Notes under the pieces: model-generated | Told to the model about the DNA's origin: nothing | Database searches by the model: none | The model's input: the letters and a program-made list of their open reading frames with translations, nothing else | From: Bacteroidetes bacterium UKL13-3 | Lineage (GTDB): Bacteria > Bacteroidota > Bacteroidia > UKL13-3 | Direction of reading: 5' to 3' | Assembly: GCA_001602415.1 (NCBI GenBank) | Contig: CP012155.1 | Coordinates: 3,086,143-3,150,142 of the forward strand | Length of the DNA: 64,000 nt | Shown here: positions 9,397 through 21,154 of the stretch, piece after piece | How positions within the stretch are numbered: the first letter of the stretch is position 1 | Layout of the letters: every line of letters starts with the position of its first letter | Program-made: the position numbers and the translations under genes

Positions 9397-10626
9397 ATGA
9401 AAAGTATTCACTTCATACTACTGTTTTTTTGCTCTTTTTTTGCGTTTGCACAACAACCGAAAGCGGATGAGTTATACGCTCAACGATTAGCAACATTAAA
9501 GTCGCAATTAGATTTCACTTATAACCCCGAAGTAAAAAAATATATCGACCAATACTTGGAGAACCCTGAAAAAACAAGGGAGTTAATAGGGTTAAGCAAA
9601 GTATATTTTCCAGTTATTGAAAAGGCGCTGCGTACCAAAAACGTACCCACTGATTTAAAATATATGGCTATGGCTGTTTCGGAATTAAACCCTTCTGCCG
9701 AAAATATTTATGGTGCAACAGGAACTTGGATGATGATGTACAACGTTTCGAAAATGTACAAACTGAAAGTAAATTCATTTGTAGACGAACGCAGAGATCC
9801 ATTAAAATCAGCCAATGCCGCGGCTAGTCATTTCAAAGATTTGTATAGCATTTATAAACAGTGGCCCCTTGCCATTGCTGCATATGGGTGCTCTCCCGTT
9901 ATGCTCAACAAGTGCATACGCATGGCCAACAACAGTTTGTATTTTTGGGAGATATACCCTTTCATTCCCGAAAACTCAAGAGGGTTATACCCCAAAGTAA
10001 TTGCAACAGCCTACATTCTGAACTTTTATAAAGACCACGGAATAAAGCCAGTGTTTCCTGAGTTATACAACGAAACCGACAGCGCACAGGTGAACAAATG
10101 GCTTTCATTTCAACAAATATCGGCTACACTTGACATTCCACTAGAGCAGTTGCGTAAATTAAATCCGTCTTTCAAAAAGGATGTTATTCCTTTTACCGAA
10201 GAAGGATACTGGGTTAGGCTTCCTAAAAATAAAGGCAAACAATTTGAGCTGTTGAAAGATTCTGTTTACAATCCATTACCCCGTCAGCAGGACTTTGTTC
10301 CAGTAAGCATTCAAAAACTACCCGAAGACACGTCTAAAAAGGCCACAGCAGCATCTGCTCCTCAAAACGAACAGATACCTCAACAAAAGAAAATTAAGCA
10401 CGCTAAGGTGCTCTACACGGTTAAAAAGGGCGACAACCTTGCCGATATAGCAGATTGGTTTGACACCACACCGCAAGAAGTTAAAGAGTGGAACAACCTA
10501 AAAGGAACTGTTGTGCCCAAAGGAAAGAAGTTGAAGATGTTTGTGAACGCAAAGAAAACAGGCTATTACAAGCGCATCAACAGTATGAGTGTAACCCAGA
10601 AGAAACGTCTGAAACGAAAAGATTAA
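9397..10626 (+). CDS. lytic transglycosylase domain protein with a C-terminal LysM domain (MltD-like)
   Basis: Signal peptide MKSIHFILLFFCSFFAFAQQ. SLT-like core. C-terminal LysM (YTVKKGDNLADIADWFDTTPQEVKEWNNLKG). Confidence 0.7.
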   Translation: MKSIHFILLFFCSFFAFAQQPKADELYAQRLATLKSQLDFTYNPEVKKYIDQYLENPEKTRELIGLSKVYFPVIEKALRTKNVPTDLKYMAMAVSELNPSAENIYGATGTWMMMYNVSKMYKLKVNSFVDERRDPLKSANAAASHFKDLYSIYKQWPLAIAAYGCSPVMLNKCIRMANNSLYFWEIYPFIPENSRGLYPKVIATAYILNFYKDHGIKPVFPELYNETDSAQVNKWLSFQQISATLDIPLEQLRKLNPSFKKDVIPFTEEGYWVRLPKNKGKQFELLKDSVYNPLPRQQDFVPVSIQKLPEDTSKKATAASAPQNEQIPQQKKIKHAKVLYTVKKGDNLADIADWFDTTPQEVKEWNNLKGTVVPKGKKLKMFVNAKKTGYYKRINSMSVTQKKRLKRKD

Positions 10627-11174
10627 TCAAATAACTTATCGGGATCCGGAACTTTGAATACCAAGAAATTGGTACCCAAAAAGTTCATACCAACATTCAA
10701 GCCGATAGATAGTATATTGGAAACAAGTGTTCCGTTATCGCGCAAAAAAGCGTTTTGTTCGGTTGACAACACACCAGAAAACATGTCGGCAATATAGATT
10801 TCCGGATGAAGGTAGTGATCGCATACAAAATTGAAACCAAGGTAAACAAAAAAGGTAATGCCATATACAATAAGGTATTTCACCAAATACTTTTCACCAT
10901 CTTCTGCTTGGTCAACATACGTCCAGATTTTATTTAAAGAGAAGCCTACAAAAAAGCCCATTATATAGCCAACCGCTTTTGCTGGAAGGTTATACTGAGG
11001 AAACTGAAGCGTTATTATCCAAAACACAAATAAACTGGCTAAGGTGCTTATAACTCCCACAATACCAAACTTGGTAAACTTGTGCAGCAAAGGATATTTT
11101 CGTATCGTTTTTCGAAAGGTCGAAATAAAGGTAATCATCTTGATGCCAAAAGTATAAAAAAAAGCGAAACACAA
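10623..11174 (-). CDS. GtrA-like polytopic membrane protein
   Basis: 183 aa, 4 predicted TM helices, GtrA-like N-terminal pattern FxKFGIVGVISTLASLFVFW...NKIWTY. Convergent 4-nt overlap with the LT gene. Confidence 0.5.
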   Translation of the reverse strand: MCFAFFYTFGIKMITFISTFRKTIRKYPLLHKFTKFGIVGVISTLASLFVFWIITLQFPQYNLPAKAVGYIMGFFVGFSLNKIWTYVDQAEDGEKYLVKYLIVYGITFFVYLGFNFVCDHYLHPEIYIADMFSGVLSTEQNAFLRDNGTLVSNILSIGLNVGMNFLGTNFLVFKVPDPDKLFD

Positions 11175-11260
11175 GGTGTTAAAAGTGCTTTAGGGTTTAT
11201 TTCTTATCCCCAAATAGGACATGTATCGCATGATTGGATTAGGAAATGCGATTCGACAAA

Positions 11261-11962
11261 TTATAACGCACCATCATCCGAAAAACTGTAATATGCTTTA
11301 TCGCCAACTATGATATGATCGATGACGAGAATATCAACCAAATTACAGGCCTCTTTTAGTTTTTGAGTAAGGGTTTTATCGGCTTGGCTGGGAACGGTAT
11401 TCCCCGAAGGATGGTTGTGCGCAAGCACAATGGAGCAAGCTAGGTTTTCGAGCGCGTATTTAAGTATGATTTTAAAGTCGACCACAGTTCCCGATACGCC
11501 ACCCTCACTAATACGTTTGTGGCCTATTATTTTGTTCGCCCTGTTGAGTAACACTACCCAAAACTCTTCGTGCGGTAAATCGACTAAAAAGGGCTCTATG
11601 TATAGATAACAATCTTTGCTGTTTAGCAGCTTTTGTCTTTCCTTCCTGTCTTCATCTTTTCTTCTTCGGCCTAGTTCAAGTGCGGCAATAATGGTAATGG
11701 CTTTGGCGGGCCCAATGCCTTTTATTTTAGTAAGATCGTTAACAGAAAATTTACCAAGCTCATTAAGGTTATTGTGTGTGGCAGCCAAAATATTTTTAGC
11801 AAGATCAACAGCTGATTCGTCTTTGGTTCCGGTAGAAATGAGAATGGCAATGAGCTCAGCATCGCTCAAAGAGTTACGGCCTTTTTGCAAAAACTTTTCT
11901 CGGGGTCTGTCATCTTCAGCCCAGTGTTTAATGCTAAATGGGTTTGGGGTTTGTTCACTCAT
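11261..11962 (-). CDS. radC: RadC-family JAB/MPN domain protein
   Basis: JAMM motif HNHPSGNTVPSQAD plus an upstream HhH-like region. The start is assumed at MSEQTPNPF (the ORF-track start at 12028 is probably too far upstream). Confidence 0.8.
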   Translation of the reverse strand: MSEQTPNPFSIKHWAEDDRPREKFLQKGRNSLSDAELIAILISTGTKDESAVDLAKNILAATHNNLNELGKFSVNDLTKIKGIGPAKAITIIAALELGRRRKDEDRKERQKLLNSKDCYLYIEPFLVDLPHEEFWVVLLNRANKIIGHKRISEGGVSGTVVDFKIILKYALENLACSIVLAHNHPSGNTVPSQADKTLTQKLKEACNLVDILVIDHIIVGDKAYYSFSDDGAL

Positions 11963-12033
11963 AGGTTTGTACGAATATAAAAAAACCGCAATACAAAAAG
12001 TACTGCGGTTGTAAAAATTATAAAACACGATGT

Positions 12034-13485
12034 TTACTGTCCCTGAGCGAGTGAATAACCAGGCTTGGAACCATACATTCTTAAAACTTCGTGAGATGGA
12101 ATATACATATCAGCAGATATAGCGCTTAGCAAGGCAAAAATCTCAACCTGAGAAGAGGTGCCTTCAATACGCACGCGGTAATGATCAACACATTCTGTAA
12201 ATGCAGATCCTGTTGGCCAAACCATTGTACCCCTGTTGGATATCATAATAAGTTTTTGGCTGCTAGCAAGTTTTGGTTCAATAAGTTTCGCCATTTCGCT
12301 TGCTGGCAAATCCGACTCAACAAAAAAGTCAACACCTACAATTTTTTGTTCGGTGTGCAACGGTGTTACCATCATTTTTTGGTAGTGTTTGTTTTCTGTT
12401 TTGGTAAACAGCTCTACACCGTCAACGGCTTCACGAGGTTTGCTGAATTCTGGCTGTTTACCGAGGTTCTTGATAATGGCCTCTGCGAATTCATTGGTGT
12501 TGCTTGGGGCGAGGGCTCTATCGCCAAAATCGGCTGTATGTACACCTTGTTCTAAAGTATAACGCAATGCGTTTTCAATTAATGCGGCCTCCTTTACAAA
12601 TCCGATATACCGCAACATCATTAAACCACTTAATAACAAAGAAGTTGGATTAGCTAATAACTTACCAGTAATGTCTGGAGCGGTTCCATGCACTGCCTCA
12701 AAAATGGAAATATTATCACCAATGTTTGCCGAAGGGGCAAAACCCAGTCCACCAACTAATCCTGCACACAAATCACTCATGATATCACCCTGCAAATTAG
12801 TAAGTACAACTACTTGAAACTCTTGCGGTCGGGCAACTAGTTTCATGGCCAAATCATCCACAATAATATCGTTGCTGTTTATTTCTGGATATTCTTTCGC
12901 AATTTCTTGAAACGTTTCTAAAAACAAACCATCCGTAAGTTTCATGATATTGGCTTTGTGTGCGCAGGTAACTTTTTTGAACCCTTCTTTGCGCGCCATT
13001 TCAAAAGCAAAACGAATCACCTGTGCACTTCCGGGGCGTGAAATAATTCTGCGGCAAATGGCTACATCGTGTGTATTCATATGTTCGATCCCACCATATG
13101 TTCCTTCAATGTTTTCGCGAACAATCGTAATATCAATAGGAATTCCTGCTTTAGAGAAAACCGTATCAACACCTGGCAAAGACTGGAAATGCCTACGGTT
13201 GGCGTAAGTGCTCCATGTTTTGCGAGCTGTTACATTAATGCTTTTTACACCACCACCTTTAGGGGTTTCCATTGGACCTTTAAACAAAATACCATTGCCC
13301 TCTACACTTACTTTTGCCTCATCTGTCATACCGGTGCTAAAGCCTTTGTCGTAAATGCTTTTGCCCATATCTATATATTCGTAATCGAGTTTTACGTTTG
13401 CTGCGTTAAAAATGTTTAACACGGCATCCATAATTTCTGGACCGATCCCATCTCCTTTGGCTACTGATATTTTGATATTACTCAT
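12034..13485 (-). CDS. icd: isocitrate/isopropylmalate dehydrogenase family enzyme, most likely isocitrate dehydrogenase, with a C-terminal extension of about 130 aa
   Basis: The N-terminus MSNIKISVAKGDGIGPEIMDAVL and the internal NLQGDIMSDLCAGLVGGLGFAPSANIG are typical of beta-decarboxylating dehydrogenases. The start is assumed at MSNIK. Confidence 0.6.
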   Translation of the reverse strand: MSNIKISVAKGDGIGPEIMDAVLNIFNAANVKLDYEYIDMGKSIYDKGFSTGMTDEAKVSVEGNGILFKGPMETPKGGGVKSINVTARKTWSTYANRRHFQSLPGVDTVFSKAGIPIDITIVRENIEGTYGGIEHMNTHDVAICRRIISRPGSAQVIRFAFEMARKEGFKKVTCAHKANIMKLTDGLFLETFQEIAKEYPEINSNDIIVDDLAMKLVARPQEFQVVVLTNLQGDIMSDLCAGLVGGLGFAPSANIGDNISIFEAVHGTAPDITGKLLANPTSLLLSGLMMLRYIGFVKEAALIENALRYTLEQGVHTADFGDRALAPSNTNEFAEAIIKNLGKQPEFSKPREAVDGVELFTKTENKHYQKMMVTPLHTEQKIVGVDFFVESDLPASEMAKLIEPKLASSQKLIMISNRGTMVWPTGSAFTECVDHYRVRIEGTSSQVEIFALLSAISADMYIPSHEVLRMYGSKPGYSLAQGQ

Positions 13486-13588
13486 GGTGGTATTTTTGGT
13501 TAAAAGTTGCGCGAATGTAAAGTATAGCCCCAATGCAACAAAATGTTTTTCATCATCGTTTTGTTATATTTGATTTAAAGCCATATTC

Positions 13589-14008
13589 ATGAAAAAGATT
13601 TTTGTCTTCGTTTTCCTCACCACATTTTCCGCGGCATACATCCAAGCACAAAAGGTTGGCACTGCAAACAACAGGTCCGAATTACCAGAACAAATATGGC
13701 TTGAGAATAGTGAGGGAAAAACCATTACTAGCAGCGGAGCCTCGGTGGATCGGGCATTTTTCTTTGCAAAATGGGTGGCGGTTAAAAGCATGAAACAACT
13801 CAGCGATAAAGAACGTGTAGCAATTATTATTCAACCCGATACCGGAATAGCCAGTGCCCATTTTTGTAGTAAAAGCAACCTTTCGCACCAAGCTCTTGCT
13901 GATATAAGTACCGCAGATTCGGGCGCGAAAATCACATTTTGTATAACAGAGAAATCTGCGAGCAAGCCATCTACTAGTTTTAGTGCAATCCAAATCATTC
14001 TAAAGTAA
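13589..14008 (+). CDS. hypothetical secreted protein
   Basis: 139 aa with signal peptide MKKIFVFVFLTTFSAAYIQAQ. No recognisable domain. Confidence 0.4.
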   Translation: MKKIFVFVFLTTFSAAYIQAQKVGTANNRSELPEQIWLENSEGKTITSSGASVDRAFFFAKWVAVKSMKQLSDKERVAIIIQPDTGIASAHFCSKSNLSHQALADISTADSGAKITFCITEKSASKPSTSFSAIQIILK

Positions 14009-14133
14009 AGGATTGGTTGATTTTGCGTTGTGCAGCATTAAAGCAGGAAACTAAACAAACAAAAATGAGTCTTAAAAAACCACTGTAAAACAAAAAAGAC
14101 TCACATTCAATGCAAGTCTTTCTTAATTTTATG

Positions 14134-14205
14134 TAGCCCGTAGGGGAGTCGAACCCCTCTTTAGCGGATGAAAACCGCTTGTCCTAACCGATAGACGAAC
14201 GGGCC
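14134..14205 (-). tRNA. tRNA-Glu (anticodon TTC)
   Basis: The reverse complement reads GGCCCGTTCGTCTATCGGTTAGGACAAGCGGTTTTCATCCGCTAAAGAGGGGTTCGACTCCCCTACGGGCTA: 7-bp acceptor stem, D-loop, anticodon loop TTTTCAT (anticodon TTC), T-arm GGTTCGACTCC. CCA is not encoded. Confidence 0.85.
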
Positions 14206-14292
14206 ATCGTTCGTTTTAGGGAGTGCAAATGTAAGCCGACTTTTTATTTTTCAAAAATATTTTTCAAAATTTTTGCTTAACCCTTTCTATAA

Positions 14293-15342
<1,050 letters not shown>

Positions 15343-15410
15343 TTTAAGATTTACGAATGCCGATTTGAGATTTAACCAAAGTAATCTCTCGTTGCATTGG
15401 AAATAATGAA

Positions 15411-15444
15411 GGCCTCGCAATTGTTTTGCGGGGCCTTTTCTTTA
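15411..15444 (+). terminator. rho-independent terminator downstream of gap
   Basis: GGCCTCGCAA-ttgtt-TTGCGGGGCC hairpin followed by TTTTCTTT. Confidence 0.6.
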
Positions 15445-15524
15445 CAATACGTTAATTAGGGTTTCGAGAATACTTAGTCTGACATTTCATAAAAAAACCC
15501 CAACGTTGGCTGAGGCTTTTTTAA

Positions 15525-16337
15525 TTATTTTTTCGAAGTCAGCGGATTTCGAATGCCGCTCATCTTGATTAAATCTGCTTTGAGTGATCCCACCCAAATT
15601 TCGGATTGAGCGCGCAAAGGAATATGGTTTTCATCATCAGTAACCCACATCGTAATAGCTTCCGAATCTTTAAATACGCGACCTTCAACTACTTGCGGAC
15701 GAATTTTCAACGCAGCAAATTTTCCGGCTTCAGTTTCAATCACCTCCCGCCCCAAGAACTTAAATCTAAATTCATAATTTTTATGGTCGAGGTAAAAATT
15801 AATTGGGAACACATCGCCAACTTTAGCGTTGCTCATATCCGTTGTACGCGCATAGTATATGGCCGAAATAATATCATGTGTGTTTTCTGGAATATCCAAA
15901 GAGCCCCTCCTGCTGTTGGCCTTTCTGCGTTTATGATCAAACACAATAAAGTCGGAATCTTTATAGTTTCCTTCTTTCACTTTTTTAGTTGCTTGCCAAG
16001 GTAATAAGGCATCAACATCCATATATGATTCGTATTCATCCTTCACACCAAACATCATATCAACCAACCCTGTTGATTTTCCTGCAACTTTAAGGTGGTA
16101 GGTTGAATTATCAGCAATCATTTTGGGTTGATCGCCAACAACAAACTCGCAATTACCACCATTGAGCACACCATAGTGCACACGATACGTAAGTTTTTCA
16201 CCAAAAGTAAAAGCGTTGTTTGTTTGTTTTTTCACTTCATAAATTACTTCCTCGGGAGTAGTATTTTGATTGTGAGCAGCCAATCCTGCGGCTGCAAAAC
16301 CGGCTAACAAAACATATTTTTTCATAATGGTATTCAT
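15525..16337 (-). CDS. hypothetical secreted protein
   Basis: 270 aa with signal peptide MNTIMKKYVLLAGFAAAGLAA. No recognisable catalytic motif. Confidence 0.4.
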   Translation of the reverse strand: MNTIMKKYVLLAGFAAAGLAAHNQNTTPEEVIYEVKKQTNNAFTFGEKLTYRVHYGVLNGGNCEFVVGDQPKMIADNSTYHLKVAGKSTGLVDMMFGVKDEYESYMDVDALLPWQATKKVKEGNYKDSDFIVFDHKRRKANSRRGSLDIPENTHDIISAIYYARTTDMSNAKVGDVFPINFYLDHKNYEFRFKFLGREVIETEAGKFAALKIRPQVVEGRVFKDSEAITMWVTDDENHIPLRAQSEIWVGSLKADLIKMSGIRNPLTSKK

Positions 16338-16412
16338 GATACTTCTTTAGTAGTCAAATTGTGTTCCAAATTTATCCGAGTGTTGCAACACTATGATAAC
16401 AAGACGCTAAGT

Positions 16413-17939
16413 TTACAGATTAAACTTTATTCCTTGTGCCAATGGCAACTCTTTACCATAATTAATAGTATTAGTTTGCCTGCGCATATATGCTTTCCAA
16501 CTATCCGAACCCGACTCGCGTCCGCCACCGGTTTCTTTCTCTCCACCAAACGCACCACCTATTTCTGCGCCAGATGTTCCGATATTTACGTTGGCAATAC
16601 CACAATCACTTCCCCATGCTGAAAGAAATTGCTCTGCTTCTTGCAAATTATCGGTAAAAATGGACGAACTTAATCCTTGTTTCACACCGTTTTGCATAGC
16701 AATGGCCTCGTCAATGGTGTTGTATTTAAGTAAATATAAAATTGGAGCAAAGGTTTCTTCCTGCACAATTTCAAATGCATTATTTGCTTCGGCAATAGTC
16801 GGTTTTACATAACACCCCGATTCGTATCCCGCACCACTTAATACTTCGGCACCACACAATATGGTTCCGCCTTCTGCTTTGAGTTTTTCAATGGCTTTAA
16901 GATAGCTGTTAACAGCCGATTTATCAATAAGGGGCCCCACTAAATTTCCTTCAAGCGGATTTCCTATTGTTAATTGTGCATAGGCGTTTACCAGCTTTTG
17001 TTTTACCGTTTCATAAATACTTTCGTGAATAATTAACCTGCGGGTTGTTGTACAACGTTGTCCTGCTGTTCCTACTGCACCAAATACCGAACCTAATAAT
17101 GCCAAATCAAGGTTAGCATGCGGTGTTAATATAATGGCATTGTTTCCACCGAGTTCCAATAAACTTTTTCCTAAGCGTTCGCCAACGGTAGCACCAACAA
17201 TTTTACCCATGCGGGTTGATCCTGTGGCTGAAATTAATGGCACGCGAGTGTCTTTTGTCATCCACTCGCCAACAGAGTAATCGCCATTAATTAAAGAGAA
17301 AAGACCTTCCGGCAAATTATTTTCTTTAATCACTCTTGCCATCAGGTTTTGGCAGGCAATTGCCGAAAGAGGTGTTTTTTCAGACGGTTTCCATACACAT
17401 ACATCACCACACACTGCTGCTAACATAGCGTTCCAACTCCACACTGCAACTGGAAAGTTAAAAGCCGAAATAATTCCAACGATTCCAATTGGATGCCACT
17501 GCTCATACATACGATGGTTTGGGCGTTCCGAATGCATAGTCGACCCATGTAATTGACGTGATAGTCCAACAGCAAAATCACAGATATCAATCATCTCTTG
17601 CACTTCACCCAAGCCCTCTTGATAGCTTTTGCCCATTTCGTAGCTCACAAGTTTACCCAAAGGCTCCTTGTATTCACGCAACAAATTTCCATACAAGCGA
17701 ACAATTTCCCCACGTTTAGGTGCGGGCATTTTTCGCCAAACAAGAAATGCAGCTTTTGAGGCGTCAATAACTTTTTCATATTCGGCCGCGGTTGTATAGG
17801 TAACTTTACCTATTAGCTTACCGTCAACGGGCGAATATATTTCTTTAACAGGTGCTCCTGGGGTTGAAAAATGGTTTACTCCTGTTGATGTTCCATGATT
17901 GGTTTCCAGAATGCCTAAGGCGTTTAAAATGTCTTGCAT
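16413..17939 (-). CDS. aldehyde dehydrogenase family protein (ALDH7/antiquitin-like)
   Basis: 508 aa, ALDH fold with a catalytic Cys region (...[10 protein letters not shown]...) and a Glu region [10 protein letters not shown]. Confidence 0.75.
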   Translation of the reverse strand: MQDILNALGILETNHGTSTGVNHFSTPGAPVKEIYSPVDGKLIGKVTYTTAAEYEKVIDASKAAFLVWRKMPAPKRGEIVRLYGNLLREYKEPLGKLVSYEMGKSYQEGLGEVQEMIDICDFAVGLSRQLHGSTMHSERPNHRMYEQWHPIGIVGIISAFNFPVAVWSWNAMLAAVCGDVCVWKPSEKTPLSAIACQNLMARVIKENNLPEGLFSLINGDYSVGEWMTKDTRVPLISATGSTRMGKIVGATVGERLGKSLLELGGNNAIILTPHANLDLALLGSVFGAVGTAGQRCTTTRRLIIHESIYETVKQKLVNAYAQLTIGNPLEGNLVGPLIDKSAVNSYLKAIEKLKAEGGTILCGAEVLSGAGYESGCYVKPTIAEANNAFEIVQEETFAPILYLLKYNTIDEAIAMQNGVKQGLSSSIFTDNLQEAEQFLSAWGSDCGIANVNIGTSGAEIGGAFGGEKETGGGRESGSDSWKAYMRRQTNTINYGKELPLAQGIKFNL

Positions 17940-17993
17940 GTAAATGGTGTTTATGTAAATAAATTGGATGCGAATTTACGATTGATAGATTGA

Positions 17994-20984
17994 TTAAAAA
18001 GAAATATTCCTCACGCCTTTTACAGGATTTAATTTATTGAGATTAAACATAAACGAAATGCGCTTGCCATAAGGAACGGACGACCCTCCGTTGTTGCCCT
18101 CCCAAACATCCGTAATTTCTTGGGAAGCAATTACCGGAAAGTTTACTTGCAATACATCACTAAACAAATCGAGCCTCAATCCTCCCACGTAATAAAACTG
18201 AACCTTATAGGATGTGGTTACGGTATTTGTATTTCCGTTTATTTCCCGTGTTTTTTTGTTCACAAAAGCAGCATCGACAAATAGCTTAATGGGAATGATT
18301 CCGGGAATTGTTGTTGTTAGATTCATGCTTGTTAACCAACTATCTGTTCCCGACAATAATGTTGGTGAACTAAATTGTGTTCCTCCCGGCATGAGTTGTT
18401 GTGCGAATACACTATTCGACCCCTGGTTTTCGCCCCTTCCTAATTGAGATTGGTCAAACAAGTAGTCGAAAACTCCGGTATTTCCACCTGCTCTGTAGTA
18501 TTCTCTTCCACTTGAAGAAACTCCCGGTTTCTGCACAAACACACCACCAAACAACCGAATAGTAAAACCTTTTTTGGGCTGATTGTAATTGATGAATTGA
18601 GAAATCTCCGCATCAATTTTATGAAAGCCACCATTGTTTATCCCCACTTGATAATGTATCTGAGCGGTATACGGATTGATTTTACGAGATTGGTTAACGC
18701 CATAAACCACATCTCCATAACCCAATGCCTTATCCAGATTGGTATAATAACCCGCTCCACGTAATTGCTCATTAATCAAAATATAACGGGCTAATACGAA
18801 TCGCTCGGCATCGGTGCGAGGATGGGTTTGTTTCAACTCAAAACGCAATGACGGTTCAAGTTTTTCGTAAGTGGTTGGTACAAAATATTGGCTGGCAAAA
18901 CGACTTGTTCTAAATCCAAACGTTATGCGTCTTGCAAATCCGTAAGATAAAAAATGACGTTGTATCTCTGCGCTTCCTGCCAAATCTTGTGTTCCAAAAG
19001 CATACATAGGAGCGATTAGGTATTCCGTTTTTGCAGTTGGAAGCAAACTATTGTAAAACGCCATTCCCAACATCGTTTTATTGTATAGGTTAGCCCCAAT
19101 AATGGGTGAATAAAACACCTGTGTGTGGTAAGGATCTTCAACATCTCCGGCAAACCTAAATTGAATTGGCGCACATTTTTTTAATAACCCTTTGGTTCTA
19201 ATACTGTTGTTGCTTCGAACTATTTCGTTGGTGTTTTCAAAAGCGTCAATCCGAATGTAGTTGTATGCTCCTGAAGGAAATATAATCGGATTTGAACTTA
19301 CACTATCATACCAAATAGTATTTACAACTGTGTTATTTAGAATGCCCGAAACGCTAAATGGCGCATTGATTGGAGAAAGATTTTTAACAGAGAGTTGATA
19401 GCCGGTTTCCGTTTTTTTAACACCGCTTATTTTCCAATCTTGTTTGTGGGTTGTATTCATCAATCCTTCAAAAAACCAATCCAACTTTTTTCCGGTAAAC
19501 GATTGTGCATGCGAGATAAAATCATCAGGTAGCGGGTGTTTAAATTTCCATTTCTCATAATATGCCTGCATCATGGCATCAAATAAACTATCGCCTAAAT
19601 ATCGTTGTAGGTAGTGAAATGAAGAGGATGCTTTTCCGTATATGATGGCACCGTAGTTGTGGTCTGTGTATGCTTCAGAGGATAAACGGCTTGCTTGGTC
19701 TTCGTTTTTACGTGCACCTGTCAAGTATCGTTGTTCGAGACCGGCATAACCATCAGGCGATAATACGTTAAAACCTTTACTGCGAATAGATGGTCGTCTC
19801 TTTAAATTCTCGTTTTCAGCACTACGCGTTTCATAATAGTTGTTAATGCTTTCATCCATCCATGGGTAATTACGCTCATTACTTCCCAAAATTCCATAAA
19901 ACCAATTGTGGCCAACCTCGTGCACAATTACCTGCCTATTTACTTGTGTAATATTTGTAATCATTGGGTATTCCATTCCGGCACCTGCAACCAATGGCGT
20001 AACCACAACGGATGCTGCCGTGTATGGATATTCTGCCACCTTTTCGCTGTAAAACAAAACAGCAGTATCAATATCTTGAACACCTTTATCTTTTGCACGT
20101 ATACTGTAAAACCAAGTTGTAACGGTACGCCCACTTTTTGGAAGCACAACCAAGCTTGATTTTATTCTAAAACGTTTATCGGCAAACCACGCAAAATCAT
20201 GAACGCTATCCTGCACAAAACGAATGGTTTTGGTTTGGCTTTCCGAAAGCGGAATATCCTTTTCTTCATAAAGTTTATCCTCCTTCATTCTGTCCTTCAA
20301 CCATTGTTTTTCTTGTTCGGTTTGCAAAACACCTGTTGCAGCTACAACATAGTTTTTAGGAACGGTTATGGTTACGTCAAACTTTCCAAATTCGCTGTAA
20401 AACTCTCCTTGATCTAAATATGGCATTGGATTCCACCCGTTAACGTCATATACTGCTGGTTTGGGATACCATTGTGTAATGCAATAAAGTTGCTCTTCGT
20501 GTCCTAAACGTGAAAACACTTTTGGAATTTTTACTTTAAACGGAGTAGTGAGCGTGAACGACTCATTAGGTAGTACTGGTTTGTTCAAGGTAATTTTAGC
20601 AATATCAATATGCTCTGTAAGTTCCCATTTTACTGGATTTCCATCAATTTTAAACGCTATGTCATCTATCCAACCTTTGTCGTCTTCAGGGGCATAATAA
20701 AAGTCGGTCGATCCATTTTCGAGCTTTTGTTTTGCGTATGCAGTTTCATTGTTTTTATACGCGTTGGGCCATAAGTGTATGTATATTTCGTTGAGCGTAT
20801 TGGGCGATTGGTTGTGGTAAATTATTGTTTCATTTCCTGTGAGTGTGTGCTGAACGTCATCAAGTGAAACGGTAATGGCGTAATCCACACGTTGTTGCCA
20901 GTTGGTTTGTTTGGTTTGCTGGGCAAATAGGGGCTTGCAAATCAGTAATATGGCTGTGGTTGCCGTTATGCTAAGTATTCTCAT
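17994..20984 (-). CDS. M1 family zinc metallopeptidase (aminopeptidase N-like) with a C-terminal extension of about 480 aa
   Basis: HEVGHNWFYG...x18...E (HExxH-x18-E gluzincin motif), signal peptide MRILSITATTAILLICKPLFAQQ, C-terminus ends in an aromatic residue (..RNISF). The start is assumed at MRIL. Confidence 0.75.
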   Translation of the reverse strand: MRILSITATTAILLICKPLFAQQTKQTNWQQRVDYAITVSLDDVQHTLTGNETIIYHNQSPNTLNEIYIHLWPNAYKNNETAYAKQKLENGSTDFYYAPEDDKGWIDDIAFKIDGNPVKWELTEHIDIAKITLNKPVLPNESFTLTTPFKVKIPKVFSRLGHEEQLYCITQWYPKPAVYDVNGWNPMPYLDQGEFYSEFGKFDVTITVPKNYVVAATGVLQTEQEKQWLKDRMKEDKLYEEKDIPLSESQTKTIRFVQDSVHDFAWFADKRFRIKSSLVVLPKSGRTVTTWFYSIRAKDKGVQDIDTAVLFYSEKVAEYPYTAASVVVTPLVAGAGMEYPMITNITQVNRQVIVHEVGHNWFYGILGSNERNYPWMDESINNYYETRSAENENLKRRPSIRSKGFNVLSPDGYAGLEQRYLTGARKNEDQASRLSSEAYTDHNYGAIIYGKASSSFHYLQRYLGDSLFDAMMQAYYEKWKFKHPLPDDFISHAQSFTGKKLDWFFEGLMNTTHKQDWKISGVKKTETGYQLSVKNLSPINAPFSVSGILNNTVVNTIWYDSVSSNPIIFPSGAYNYIRIDAFENTNEIVRSNNSIRTKGLLKKCAPIQFRFAGDVEDPYHTQVFYSPIIGANLYNKTMLGMAFYNSLLPTAKTEYLIAPMYAFGTQDLAGSAEIQRHFLSYGFARRITFGFRTSRFASQYFVPTTYEKLEPSLRFELKQTHPRTDAERFVLARYILINEQLRGAGYYTNLDKALGYGDVVYGVNQSRKINPYTAQIHYQVGINNGGFHKIDAEISQFINYNQPKKGFTIRLFGGVFVQKPGVSSSGREYYRAGGNTGVFDYLFDQSQLGRGENQGSNSVFAQQLMPGGTQFSSPTLLSGTDSWLTSMNLTTTIPGIIPIKLFVDAAFVNKKTREINGNTNTVTTSYKVQFYYVGGLRLDLFSDVLQVNFPVIASQEITDVWEGNNGGSSVPYGKRISFMFNLNKLNPVKGVRNISF

Positions 20985-21154
20985 TGCGGCACAAGTTAAC
21001 AAAGCTTTTTTAATTCCGTTCTCCCAGTCGGTTCGTATGCCAATATTGGTAAATAGCAACACTAACCCGACATGTTGTGCTTTATGTTGTTACTCTTTTG
21101 TAAATGAGGCTAATCACATTGGGGTGTTTATAAACTGTGGGCTAAAATATATAA

